Origin: Lama guanicoe
Taxonomy: Eukaryota
Assembly (NCBI GenBank): GCA_013239625.1
Contig: MU054187.1
Coordinates: 19,687,929-19,751,928, forward strand
DNA length: 64,000 nt
Direction of reading: 5' to 3'
The translations under genes and the position numbers were made by a program. Positions 37,295 to 51,100 of the stretch are shown here, piece by piece. How positions within the stretch are numbered: the first letter of the stretch is position 1; each line of letters starts with the position of its first letter. The notes under the pieces were generated by a model. The model was not told the DNA's origin, did not search any database, and saw nothing but the letters and a program-made list of their open reading frames with translations.

Positions 37295-38190
37295 TCATGC
37301 ATTCATCTTTTATTCAACAAATGTTGATAGAGTGCCTATGATATGCCAGAATTTGTTCCAGGAACAGAAAGTACACTGGTGAGTAAAACAAATAAAAATC
37401 CCAGGTCTCACAGGGCACATTCTGGTAGGGAGCGGCATGAAAAATAGACAGCATAACAAAACCAAGACAGCGTATGGTAGATGGTGGTAAGTGCTCCAAA
37501 GAAAAATAAAGCTGGGAAGTGAAGTAGGAATTCTGTAGGAGTAGGGGATGGGGGAGAGGGTTGCAGTTTTAAATAGGGTGGGAGGAGAAGGTGATACTTA
37601 TGGAAAGAACTAAAGAAGGAGCCAATAAAATGGACGTCTGGTTTCTGGGCAGAAGAGTAGCCAGTGCAAAGCCTCTGCAGTGAGAGGGTGCCTGGTGGAT
37701 TCTAGCCAGAGTGGGAAGACCAGGGTGGCTGGAGCAGAGTAGAAACCAGGGAGGATGGTAGGATGTGTGGACTGGGAGGTACTAGTGAAGTGAGCGTTGG
37801 GTTGGCAGTACTTCTTTTGGGGCTTGAAGACATTTGTGAAGACCTTGGCTTTTTATTGGGTTAAGGTGAGACGTCAATGGAAGGCTTTGACCCAGAGTCA
37901 CTCTGCTGAGTAGGGAGACAGCAGCAAGGTCAAGGTGAGCGCAAGGAAGTCAGTTAGAAGTCTACTGCTGTGTTGAGCTGAGAGCTGAGAGTAGCTTGGA
38001 GCAGGGTGTTAGCAGGTTGATGGTGGCAAGTGGTCAGGCTTTTGTAGCAGTGAGAGCACATGGGGCGTGCTGATGGATTGGATGTGGGGTGAGAGAAAGT
38101 GAGGTGTCAAGGATGACTCCAAGAATTTGGGACTGAGCGAAAGGAAAGCTAGAGTTATCATTAAGTGAGAGGGGAAGGAGCAGGACTGGA
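37295..38190 (-). mobile_element. LINE-2 fragment
   Basis: cattcat...attcaacaaatgttgatagagtgcctatg tail; gaggtgtcaaggatgactccaag. Confidence 0.7.
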
Positions 38191-39559
38191 GACAATTTGT
38201 ATGTTCCTCGATTAGGTACCAAATCTCACATGACTGCACTCAGGTGTAATGACGTTCTGGAGGTAAAGGAAAGTGTTAAGAGTCAACTTTGGGACGGTTA
38301 TGCAGTAAGGGTGACATTGAGGTAGAGGGTGGGCTACACTTCATTTGCTATCCATTATGTGGTTGGTGTAGAAAACACTTTACAGTCCAATCTGATAACT
38401 TTGACTTCTTTCTGATCGGAGATGGACAGAGATATTAGAAAACATGGTAAGGAGCGATACAGGCAAAACTCAGTCACAGGCATTATATATCTTCATCGTG
38501 AATTAGGGCAATAAAAAGTTTTCTTTTGCCAAATTGTTGCTTTTCATAATGGCGACTATTCTACTCATTATTGGATTGAGTCTAATGTACAAGGACTATT
38601 CGGTTCTAAGAAACAAACAAAAAAACCTGCTGATTTGAAGAATGTGTACATGTTTGTTGAGCTGCTCAGTAAATAACTATTTGATGATGATTCTGCAGTA
38701 TGTTTAAAGGGTAATTCTTCTTCTGTTGCTTTAGAGAGTTCATTTGGCATCCTAAAAATGGATGTAATTTCAAGGGGTGACCAAAATGTATCAATTAGCC
38801 TGACATCTAGGTCTTTTTAACAGACCTATAAATTTCCAATTTCCTTTGCCATCTTAACCATGGTAAATCATCCTGAACAAGATCATTCTTTTGAACAACA
38901 GCCTCCTTATTAGCTGAGATCAACTGAGATTAGAAAATGAAAAATACACTAGACACTGAGAACTCTTTATGAAACCACATTTGTAGGATGACTATTGAAT
39001 GAAGATTAATGTGTTATTTTCAGCTTCTACATCATTGATTTAAACATTTTTCTCTATATCCCACTGCTGAATTAAACACTAATTTATATGTGGATGGTTT
39101 CCTTGCTTGCAAGTATTATCTTTTCCCTATTGAGTTTATGTATTAATGGAAGGGAAAGATTTTTAATTCAAACGTAGCTTGCATTGCATACCTCGTGTGG
39201 TTTTGAAAGTGCTACACATTAAATTGGGTAAAAGATTGTTCCACTGCTTTATAAATTAATGATTAAATCCTTTGTTTTAACTTCTGATTGATTTTCATTT
39301 GCTCTTTGGATAAAATACAAGATCCATAGCACATTGTGTGGCCCTGTGTGACCTGAACTCTGCCTACTTTTAAAGACAGTCTCACAATACTCTCCTCATC
39401 TCTGTCCAGATGCCAGATACCCTGATTTTCTTTGAAACCCTAACATTTCAGAGTCAAGATTTTTGCACATATTGTCTAAAATTTTAATTCTCTAACACCA
39501 CCTGCCTTATTTATTCCCTATAACACATAGAGTACATTACTTTCTTTTTTCTCTTTTTT

Positions 39560-41135
39560 TAGCACTTTCAAGATTTATTCAACTATAAGTCACTATGCTG
39601 TACATTATATCCCCATGACTTATTTATTTTATAACTGGAAGTTTGTACATTTTGACGCCCTTCACCCATTTGGTGTACCCCCCCACACCCTCCTCTGGCA
39701 GCCACCAATCTGTTCTCTGTGACTATGAGCTTGGGGTTTTTGTTTGTTTCATTTTGTTACTTTTTTTTTTGCTTTTACTATTTTTTAAATTGAGGCATAG
39801 TCAGTCTACAATGTGTCAATTTCTGATGTACAGCACAATGTCTTAGTTATACATATACATACATATATTCATTTTCATATTCTTTTTCATTGTAGGTTAC
39901 TATAAGATATTGATTATAGTTCCCTGTGCTGTTTTGTTTTTAGATTTCACATACGAGTTAGATCATATGGTATTTATCTTTCTCCATCTGACTTACTTCA
40001 CTTAGCAGAATGCCCTCTAGTTCCATACATGTTGCTGCAAATGGCAAGAATTCATTCTTTTTTATGGCTGAATAATATTCCATTGTACATATAGTCCACT
40101 TTTTTTTAAATACATTCTTCCATTGATGGACACTTAGACTGTTTTCATATCTTGGCTATTGTAAATAATGCTGCATTGAACATGTGGATGCATATATGTT
40201 TTGAGTTAGTGTTTTGTTTTCTTCAGATAAATACCCAGAAGTGGAATTGCTGGATCATATGGTAGTTCTACTTTCAAGTTTTTGAGTAACCTCCATAATG
40301 TTGTCCATAGTGACTGCACCAATTTATATTCCCATCAACAAATGTAGGAAGGTTCTCTTTTCTCCACATCCTTGCCATCTCTTGTTATTTCTTGTCTTTT
40401 TGATAATAGCCACTCTATCAGGTGTGAGGTGATAGCCCCCTGTGCCCCCAATTTGTATTTCCCCAACAATCAGTCACTTCAAGTACCCTTCCGTGCACCT
40501 GCTGGCCACCTGCATGTACTTCTCAGAAAAATATCTATTCAGATCCTTTGCCCATTCGCAAATTGAATTGTTTGGGGCTTGTTTGCTATCGAATTAAATG
40601 AGTTCTTTATATATTTTGCATATTAACTATTTATCAGATTCATGATTTGCAAATATTTTCTTCCATTCCATAGATTGCCTTTTCATTTTGTTTCTGGTTT
40701 TCTTTGCTGTGCAGAAACTTTTTAGTTTGAGTTTGTTTTTGCTTTTGTTGCCTTTGTGTTTGGTGTCAAGTCCAAAAATCACTGCCAAGACTGATATTAA
40801 GAAGCTTGTTCCCAAGGTTTTCTTTTTTTTTCAATACTTTTTAAATTTATGTATTTATTTAACAATATCATTTTTTAAATTGAAGTATAGTTGATATATA
40901 ATATTATATGATAGAGGTATAAAATATAGTAATTCACAATTTTGAAAGGTTATATTCCATTTATAGTTCTTATAAAACATTGGCTACATTCCCCATGTTG
41001 TACATCCTTATAGCTTGTTTTATATCTGGTAGTTTGTACCTCTTAATCCTCCACCTCCATCTTGCCCCTCCCCTTTCCCTCTCCCCACTGGTAACCACTA
41101 GTTCCTTCTTTACATCTGTGAGTCTGTTTCTTAGT
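39560..41135 (-). mobile_element. L1 3' fragments, several nested tails
   Basis: ctgacttacttcacttagcagaatgccctctagttccatacatgttgctgcaaatggc; gaattgctggatcatatggtagttct. Confidence 0.8.
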
Positions 41136-41595
41136 ACATTACTTTGTTAACGAATTGTCTGCCTTTCCGTAACTAGAAAGTGAGCTCCAAAAATGCACAG
41201 ATTTTACTTTTTCTTCTCTCACTGCCGAATCTCCAGTACCTAGAACTGTGTTGGGTATACAGTATGTACTCAGAAAAAAATGATAACAAATGGATAAATG
41301 GATAAATGAACATTCCTCATCCTGGAATACCAATTTCCCTTCTTTATGCCTAGGTAACCTCTATTCATCATTCAAATTCCAGCTTAAATGTCAATTTTTC
41401 AAGTCACCTTTTTTTGATCCCTAAGAGAATATCAGCTTTCTCTATAATTTGTCCTTACAGTTCTCTGTACTTCAGAATGTGAAGTTTTCCATAGCACTTA
41501 TTAGAACTTTAACTTATAAAGTCCACTAATTGTGAGATAATTTGCTTAACTCCTGTCTTCTCTGCTAAACTGTAAATTGTCCCTATCTTGTTCTT

Positions 41596-41758
41596 TTTTT
41601 TTTTTCTTTTTCTCAGTTTTTTTTTTTTGGTCGGGGGGAGGAGGGAGGTAATTGGGTTTATTTTACTTATTCATTTTTAATGGAGGTACTGGGGATTGAA
41701 CCCAGGCCCTCCTGCATGCTAAGCACATGCTCTACCACTTGAGCTATACCCTCCCTCT
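41596..41758 (-). mobile_element. tRNA-derived SINE (Vic-1-like)
   Basis: ggaggtactggggattgaacccagg...gagctataccctccc; perfect TSD ctatcttgttctt (41583-41595 / 41759-41771). Confidence 0.88.
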
Positions 41759-43699
41759 CTATCTTGTTCTTAATCATCTCCCCAGCACCTCACATGATGC
41801 CTGGAACATCAAGATGCTCCATCTGTTGAATGGAAACATGGATAGATGGATGATTAAGCAACTCCTCATTATAATTTTCAGTCCCTCTGTTCCGCTCGTT
41901 CAATGTTCTCTCAACAAAAAATAGTGATTAGTGAACCAGGATGGAACGTTTTTTTCCTAACCTGGAGAAGTTCTTATGCAAACATACTCCTCCATGAATT
42001 CACTAATGCTTGTAGCCTCGCTTAAAGTTGATGCCTCATACCAGCCTCTTCACCCCCACGTTATTTAATCAAGTAAATACTTAATGAATTTCTCCTCTGG
42101 ACCAAACCACACAAAGGGAAAGGTCATGTAAATAGTGTCAAGACCAGAAGCTTTAAACCAGAAGCTTTCTTACACTTGACTGCCTGTGTGAGCTTGGCCA
42201 AGTTACCTGTTGAACATTGGATTCCTCATCTGTCAAAGAGAAACAGCAATGCTTATTTCGTGTGGTTTATGTAGGGATTCTTAATAATGCATGTAGTATG
42301 CTTGCACATAGTAGGTGCTCGAAAGATGGTAGTGGTTACTAGTATCACTAGAAAGTAAGTTCCTAGAAGGCAGACTATACTTGCATTCCCAGTGCCTTAT
42401 GTATAAGATACTCTCAGTAAAGTTTGGTTAAACTTCCCAGCAATGGGAACCAGCCAGAATATGTGCTACTTTTCAACTTTTAAGGAGCTTAAAATCTACG
42501 CGAGAAACTACGTTCCAAAACAGATTCATGAAATATTTAGATAATGAAGAAATGTAATACCTTTATAGTGTATAATGCATACAGTATCAGAACAAAATAT
42601 GTATTATTGCTTAAAAGCACTTAAGTGCTTTTAATGGCCAGACAGGAAATGGTAAGAAGCCGCTGGCTGTAGTTATTGGTAAATGATTAATTCACATGTT
42701 TCTGTGTGTAAGATATAGACCGGTGAGCCTCCTATAAAAATATTCCATTTCTTTGTCAAAATTCGATGCTGGCTCTACCAATGTTCGAGAAAACGGATCA
42801 ACCGGCTGCTTCTGTGTTAGTGTGATGGCAGACAAAACTGGATTATTGATCTTGAGTATCAAGGTGTACTTGTCATAGAGCTTTTTCCCCCTTTAACAAC
42901 CAGTGGTTAGCTAACCATCACAAATAGGTTCTGATGATGTTGGGTACTGTTGCTCAAATAGAGCTGTATTATGGGTAGGACCTACTAGACTGGAAAACGA
43001 GAACGCAGACTCCATTCCATATTCCACTTCTTTGCAGCATGCCCTGCACAGGCTTTCGGTTGAATTGCGTCATCCGTATTCACTGCCTACTGCTGTCCTT
43101 TCATCTTACCAAACTCTTTGCTTGCAGCTCTGACAGATGGGGCTGAAATAGTGAGTGTGGACGAACTAATATTTCTTTTCTCTAGGACGTTGTGTCCTTT
43201 TTGTGACTTAGGTGCCTCTGTAAAGGCATTTGACATGGATCCAAACACAAGGACAGCCCATTATAGGCTTTTGATGCACTAACCATCACACTGAAAGGTT
43301 CAGAGACTAATTACAGAAGTGGATGCAGCTACCAAACACACTCAGAAGTCCGCACGTTAGGAAGAGATGATCACCATCCTTCCGCACTTTCAAGCCATGT
43401 AAGGATGATCCAGACTCCACCCCTGCCAACTGGCAACCAGGCGCACATCCACCTGCCCGGATTCTACATCCCAGTCAGACCAGCTGCTCTGACAATAAGG
43501 CACGTGCCCACACCTGCATCCCAGTGGCAGACAAATGTCCTGGAAGCCGGTGCCCCGCACACTCCTACCCACACGATGTACACACACCCAGACGAACCTA
43601 TCTGAATATTCTAATTCGCCAGGACAGAGACCCGACACTGCTCAAGCACACTCACAATAAACACACACAAAACACACCCGTGGAATTAATCAACTTGCT

Positions 43700-44460
43700 T
43701 ATCCAGGTCGGCAAAGCGCACCGATACCCAGGCTTTCAGGCCCCGCAAAGACCCCTGGAAGAGTGGCTTGCTTTTCTCCGAGCCGTGCACAAACCGGTCC
43801 TTGGCCCCCGGCTGCAGTCCGGTGGGCTTTTCAACTCTCGCCTGCGCCCGAACTCCCGGGGGGCCGGGTGGCGCCGGCCGGCCGCGTCCGCTCGGTGCCC
43901 TCCCCGCCCAGCCGCGCCGCGGGGCGGGGCCCAGCCGGCCGCCAGGAAATGCCCAGGAGAGGGTGTCACCTGCGCCCGACGGCTTGTTGATTCCCAGGAG
44001 CGCCGCCTTCCCGGGTCTGGTTCCCCCCAACCCCCCTCCGAGACCAGAGCCCGAGCTCGCGCACCTGTTCCCCGCGGCGCGGCCCCGGGGAGACCCTGCT
44101 CCCGGCCCGCTGGCCCCCCAGCTCCAGAGCCATGAGCAAGTTGGGCAAGTTCTTTAAAGGGGGAGGCTCTTCCAAGAGCCGAGCGGCTCCCAGCCCCCAG
44201 GAAGCCCTGGCCCGACTTCGGGAGACAGAGGAGATGCTGGGCAAGAAACAAGAGTACCTGGAAAATCGGATCCAGAGGGAGCTCAGCCTGGCCAAGAAGC
44301 ACGGCACGCGGGACAAGCGAGGTAGGCGCGGGTCCGGCCCCAGGCGGAGCCCTCCGCCGCCGGCCTCCAGCCCTTTCCGTGGGGACAGTCCCGTCCGGCC
44401 CACCTGTCTCCACGGCCTTTCTGGGAACTGGGAATGACCCGCCAGGGCCCGGACTTGGCC
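43700..44460 (+). promoter_or_regulatory. CHMP4C: CpG-island promoter and first exon region of CHMP4C
   Basis: CpG-dense, GC box ggggcggggc at 43921-43930. Confidence 0.85.
44132..44321 (+). CDS. CHMP4C: Charged multivesicular body protein 4C (ESCRT-III Snf7 family), exon 1
   Basis: MSKLGKFFKGGGSSKSRAAPSPQEALARLRETEEMLGKKQEYLENRIQ...; donor G|gtaggc; 190 bp. Confidence 0.97.
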
Positions 44461-47400
44461 AGAGCTGAGCAAAACACAATCCTAGATGGCGAAACATAAG
44501 GAGGCACCAAACATCTCAGTAATCAAACTTAACAGTATTTTATGCAATATTTTTTTTTAAAAACTTGAAACTGATACAAAAGCATCCATGGTGAACAAAA
44601 TATCAATATTTAAATTAAGGAGAGGGTGGATATTAGTGATTTTTTCCCTGTTGTCGCTGGCTCTTACATGTCCTTCACAACACTTCTGTATTTAAAATTA
44701 TTTTTTAAAATGGGATGTCGTGTTCATCATGGATTGTTTTGCATTAATTTTGAGCTTTAAAAGTATCACATTAAAATATTATTTATCTGGATTACTGAGT
44801 CTTTCTCAGTAATGCCCGCTTAAATTCTCTCCTGGTTTGCCTCACCCTGGTCCAGCCTTACTGATCGCAAGGCTGAATATCAGCTTTTCTGTTGTGTGTT
44901 TGTATCTTGAATCACACATTTTAACTTGCATGTAAATCTCCAGTGAAGTAAATTCTGGTACGTTCTGGTTTCCCTTCTCCTCAGCTGTTGAAGACTTTAG
45001 TGGACTGTTGTGCTGCTGAGATATGATACCAAAAAAAGGTCAGAATTAAATATTAATTCTATCGCTGGCTTCTGCTACACGGAAAGGACTTTGAGTCAAT
45101 AATAAATCTTGGTGCACCTCCTGCACCTTGAACCCTTTGTTCTTTGCCATAGTTAGTTGGTTTCTTTTGGTGTAGGGCTCTGTTCATAGAGAATAGATCC
45201 AAACAGCGTCTAGGCACATAAAAAAAAAAACCCAGCAAGAAATTGAAGTGATTTGTTCTTGTAACACAAGGACAATGTCGGACGCAGCAATAGAAGTGGC
45301 AATACCGGACTCACCACCAAACCCTGAACTTGCAACCTCAAGTTGGGTTTCTTTTGCCCCATCGAAGCCTTGGGAAGTTTTAGTTCCCTCTTATTGACCC
45401 TGCCACTGTTTAAAGCAGGAAAGGAATCATGTCTCCTGGAGTTGACCTTGAAAATCCTGCCTTTTTCCAGAAAAATGTGCGTGATCCATTGGTGCCCATT
45501 TATTACCGACAACAAAAAGGCCAAGTTTCATTTTCCTCTGCTTCTGAGTATAACTCTTGCTCACATCACAGCCTGTTTTAGACTTAAGTGCTGGTTTCTA
45601 TTTTTACTTTATGTCTGAAAACATTTTGGGAAGTTATGAAATGGCAATTTCTACAGAGAGACTCTGCTGCTCCTGGGCCCTTTCCCCTTCAGTTTGATGA
45701 ACGCTCTGACATTTGCTTAGTATCTGTCAATTTTTTTTCCTTCCTTTTTTGTTTTGTCATTCATTTGGAGCTGTATATAGCTTTATCTACAGTGGTTGCT
45801 CCGTATATATTGTCTTTAAAAAAATCCAAAAAATTAAACATCAGCTTTTAGGAAGTGGTAGAAATACAGATATGCTTTTAGAAGACAAAACATAAAATAA
45901 TATAGAAATGTTCTTGAATTGGCAGTGCACCAAAGTATTTACAAGTAGACTTTATAAAGGCATCAAAAAATTTGATAACACTAATTAAGAACATCAATCT
46001 AACTTCCTTACATCAAAGTAGCTATGGATGTAAGAATCAAATGCAAATAATCAACTAGTGGCAGAAAAGCCATTATTTTTTGTCATTTGTCCTTGGGAAC
46101 TTCATTGGTGTTAGCCCAGGCCTGGTGTTACAGTGACTCTGGGAAGAGGCTGGTTAGCATGAGGCCATCTGTAATCTATACTCTGGAAAGAGTCCAATCA
46201 TAGACCATGCATTGGGAACACTGTCAATATCAGAATCTTCCAAACAAACCAAATAACTTTGTAAACACATGGTTACTATTTTCCATTAGCCACTGGGAAA
46301 TATTTTCACACACATAATAAGGTCAAATATACTCAGTACTAAATAGGCCTTGTACTGCACAATGTTGGTGTTAGAATGGCTGTAATTTACCTGGTAATCA
46401 GAGTGACATAATGTACATGCAGTTAATTTCAGATAACATGCTGTCAAGGATACTAGTTGAGTAGTCAGCTAGTATTGTATCAGAAAAGGCTCCTGGCCAG
46501 TACAAATTCTTCCATGATCTGTTTCTCTCCAACAGAAGTTTTGACATCATTCTGAACGTCAAAAATGCGTTTTGTTGGTAAAATGAGTAACTCTTGAACT
46601 AGTATAATAAATGTTAGAAATAGGATCTCATTGGTGAAATTGTGGGTATTCTAATTCACACGTTTAATGTGGATTGGCTAAAATAATTTAGAGGTATTTC
46701 CTGGCTTCTCATGTAAGAACAGGTGTTAAGAATGTTCTAGGTTTATAACTAACCACATTAGGTGGTACCTGAAGCTTGATCAGATCAGTGCAGTGTCCAG
46801 TCCTTGGTTCAGGGGGATCTCTGACCTCCCGCAGGGCACAGCCCCCTGCCAGGAAAGGTCGCTGTCCATCTTCAGTGAACTTTTCATGTAAGATGTATTG
46901 GACTAAGAGGACATAGAGTTGGGACTTCACCAAAATCATGGAACAGGTTGACGAATTGTTTTTTTTTGCCTATTTGGCTAATATATGTTTGCTTAATAAG
47001 CAGATCTGCGTCTGAGACTTGCTTTCATTATAACTCGTAGCAAGGTTGCGCAGTGATAGCTAATTCTTCTCCCTTCAAACTTCTTTGGCAGTTACCATAA
47101 TCTACCAAAAAGTACGTGAGTGGGCACCACCAAATTGGTTTTGCAATAGCCATGTTATCAAGGCTCTGCTGATCTACAAGGGTAACAGTTGGAGCGAGAT
47201 TTATAATTTGGTTAAAAACTTGAGGAGATCAGAGATTCCTGATAGCAGTTTATTCAGATCACTGTGCTAGAGTGCCTGCTTTATACTAGTAATCTGCTTC
47301 GTGAAAAAGTAAATTTTTTTTATACATCACTTAATTATTTTCTACTTCTGCCAAGCCCTGTCATCTAGAGCAGTTTTCAGTCCTGGATGGATATCAAAGT

Positions 47401-47889
47401 CACCTTGATGCCTGGATTCCCACCCCCCTCGATTCTCATGTCATTGGCTGGGGTGGGGTTTGGGCATCAGTATTTTTTTAAAGTACCCACAGGTGATTCT
47501 GTTCTGTGGCCAGAGTGAAGGATAAGAACCTAAATCCATAGCAGTGTTAATGGGGTAGAAATGAAAGTCCTCTTAGTCTTGCAGAGACTTAGTCTTGCTT
47601 CTTAACCATTTTCATATCATGGTACCCATGGGCACCGGTAACAGTTGTATGTTTCACGGGGATAACCAAGGACCAGCAGCTCAAGGACTCTTGAGACCCC
47701 AAGTTGGAGCCTCAGGAGCTGAAGGCATCAATAGTTCAGTCCACTGCAACGCCCTCCTGCCGCATTTGTTGGCAGGACACCTTAGAGGTCACTGTTCTAA
47801 CTTCCCTTAGGAAGTCTTTTTAAAAATAATATCATTAAGAGGTGGTCACAGGGATTTGCTTAAGTATAATATCCCGAATATGTGAATAT

Positions 47890-48110
47890 TTGATAGGAAG
47901 CAACTCAGAGTCGTAGTCAAGAGGCTGGGCTTCAGAGCAGGCAGCCCTGGGTTTGATTTCCCACTGCCCAGCACTTCAGAGATCTCCTTGGCCTGTCGGA
48001 TTCTCAGCCCCTTCATCTGCATAATGGCAGTGATAAGGCTGACGCTCAGAGTTGTGAGGATTAATGACATTCCTACGCAAAGCCCTTAATTTGGTGCTCT
48101 ATAAATACCA
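47890..48110 (+). mobile_element. MIR SINE
   Basis: ccctgggtttgatttccc...cttcatctgcataatgg...gttgtgaggattaatga. Confidence 0.65.
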
Positions 48111-51100
48111 GCCTTTGTGATAACATAGCATTTTTTTTTTCTTAAGCTGGAATCAGCTTCCTAGAAAGTTCCACTCACTGGCTCACATTTTGTCCTCTGG
48201 AATAACATGGGGGAAATCTCCATCTGTCACATGAAGACCTCTCACATATCTGAGGGCAGCAGTCACTTCCCTGAGTCTCCTGTTCTGCAACCCCACCTCT
48301 GGCACTTCCTCAGTTACCCTTTAATGTGCTGAGATTTGCTCACCAGGGCCGGTGAGCGAGTGAGATGCCTTAAGAGTGAGTGCCCGCTGACATCTGTCCG
48401 CTACATCCCCTCCCTCTACTGGTGGCCCTGTTGCTTACCTTTGTCCCAGGGAAGATAAGAAATCCAAGTATGTGACTGGAAAGGTGTGCAGCCAGGCCGG
48501 AGTTACCGCGAGGCCTCTGGCTGTTGGGAAGTGGACTTAGGTTACAGGCTGAGATGGAGAGGAAGCGAATTTGGCCAAAACCCCTGCTGGGTATCATTTC
48601 ACGGGATGCCCGTGAGAACCGGGTGCCGAGGCCATACCACATTTTCACCAGCTGCCTGGTGAAGTGCGACTCCAAGGCGCAGAGTCCTCTGTTTGGCCTG
48701 TTTGGATAAGCGGCTCACTCGGAGCCCTGTGCTATTTCAGGGCAGGGATGGATTCGCTTTCATCCTCATGCAGATCTGGTCTTCCTTGGAGTCAGGGTGT
48801 GTGCGCAGTCCTACTGTGGGAACCTTTTTGGGCTCTCGAGTTTGCTTTTTACGATAGTTGTCCCAGAGCTGATTCTGCAAGCTTGGACGCTGGGGACCAG
48901 AAGAACCGTGTAAAGAGAACCACATCGGTGTCAGTTGGTTGAGTGCCAAGCCAGTGAGGGCAGAAGCGTGGCTCAGGTAACAGGACACAGACACGATCTG
49001 CATGACCTGGATGGAAGTTCCCCCGGGAGATACCACTTACCTGGTGACCTCCTTTCTTAACTGAGTTGCTCCAAATGGGGTCCTCAGATGAGCTGCTTCA
49101 GAATTCCTGGAGAATGCTGGTTAAAATGTATACCCACTAGTACCCATCTAAAAATTCTAATTTAGTCGGTTGAGTTCAGGGTTCAGAAACCTGAACTTTG
49201 AATAAATAACTCGGTGATTCCCACGCAGTCGGAGAAGCTGGAATGATTATCCAACTGGCTGTTAAACTGGGAGGCACTGTCTCTGCTCTGCTTTCTTTCC
49301 TCACCCATCTCTGTGGTTTCTCCCCTGCTCCGTCATCACTTGGGTACCCAGATGAGAAATGTCAATCCACCCCCTGACCTTGCCGTGGCGAAGAAACTTT
49401 TCCCCAGCTCTGACAGGCGCTCGGAGGCACCTGAATTAGTTTTCTTTAGGGAAATGCATTCGAAACTATACTTCCACAGTCGTGAAGTGTCTCAGAGTCC
49501 TCTGGTATTCAAATTACAACTGGGCATCACAATAAAGTGTTCCGTTTGCCTCATATTAGCCGACTATTTTGTACCCCCGTTGGTGTATTCTGGGGTCAGG
49601 GGAAAGAATTTTATTCCTGGGGCGTTAACAACCACTACCTGGGTCTTATTCTCCAGTCAACTGCCCACTCTCTTCTGGAAAAGACAGATCAGTATCAGTG
49701 TGTCCCTCCCTTATCCTCCACCCCTCAAATTCCCTTCCTCACCTCCGGAGCCCCCTCCGGCGTTTACCCCGTGGTGGGGAAGCCTTACACGTCTGAACCA
49801 GCCCTGGGAGCCCTATTCTCGTAAGCTGTAATTTTAAGACTTCTAGCTTTCTCGACACCCTCCCCCTCCTCTGAGCCCTGGCAGGGACCCTACACAGGCT
49901 TACACTCTCGCTCACACACTCAGGTACTGCCCAGCGTGGTGCCTTGGGTTTAAGGTCTCTTTTGTTCCGCAGATACAGCCTCAGTTTGTGTCTGTTTTCT
50001 CAGATGCCTTATCAGTTGCTTTTTCTCCGTTTAGACTTGGATCAAGTTAAAACTCCCAGCTAGACCTCCCCTTCCACCTCTGCTTAAATCAATGTGTTAA
50101 GCGTCCATTCCATATTTTACGTTTATTTTTTATTAAATATCATCTTATTTTCAGTTGTCTTAAAAGTAAGATTTTTAAATTCCAATTTCATTGTCTTATA
50201 GATGAGCTAGTTCTTTTAGTTGAATCCGTCACAGATTTGTTCAGCCGCCTTTTGTTGTTGTTGTCAAAGTATTTGTGAAAGAGTATTGAGTAAGACAAGA
50301 ACCAAGGGCAGAGCCTCGTGGCATGCCACTGGAGACTTCATTCCAGGGTCACCTCTGCATGATGACAGCAGAGTTTCATGTGCCATTCAGCTGAGACATG
50401 ATTACCAGTTTGATGGATCAACAGTGAGTTAGTTCAGTTATTCATCTAGCTGTGAACACACCTGACTTGTATCTCTAGCCCATATCATCTTATTTCTCTA
50501 TTTTTTTCCCCCTTTTCCCTAACAGTGCTTCGGTATAACTTGTGAACTACATTTCTAAAACCAAACCATATTCACAAACCTCTGGTTCAAAATGCTGGTT
50601 TATGAACTAATAGTGTGTTAGTTTCATCAGATTCACGGGGAGAGCTCTTTAAGCTGCCACAGCAGTAGGCTGTTTCAGGAGATCTGGGATACGGTTTAGG
50701 ACTGTGGTACTCAAAGCCTCCTGGATGATTGTGATGTGTATAAGGTTAGAAGGCCAGTGGGTGGTCCATGTTTTTTCCTTGTGTCAGCATCCAGTAACTC
50801 AAAGAAAGGAAGCCTATGGGATTAGTTTGTGTTTTGGTTTTTTTTTTTTCATCTTTTTGGACTTGTATTGGCTTCTGGTTACCACTGGCTTTTTTCCTCT
50901 AATTCATTGGAAACTAGAGGATAGATTGTTGCTGTTCTAGAGTCATTCTTTCAAGTTTCTGTGGCATAAATGGTGACAGTTTGCTAACATATTATTGCTA
51001 CTTCTACAAGGGTAATTGGTACTGTTTCTTGTGTAATATAACATTACCTCTAGTTTATTTTTTTCTTAATGAGTGTGAAACAATATTATAAATACTGGAA

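Noticed and set aside
43524..44497. Long overlapping ORFs (203, 253, 168 aa) around CHMP4C exon 1; similar ones at the IMPA1 and ZFAND1 islands
   Set aside because: Stop-codon scarcity in GC-rich CpG islands; low-complexity P/G/R/A products with no recognisable domain
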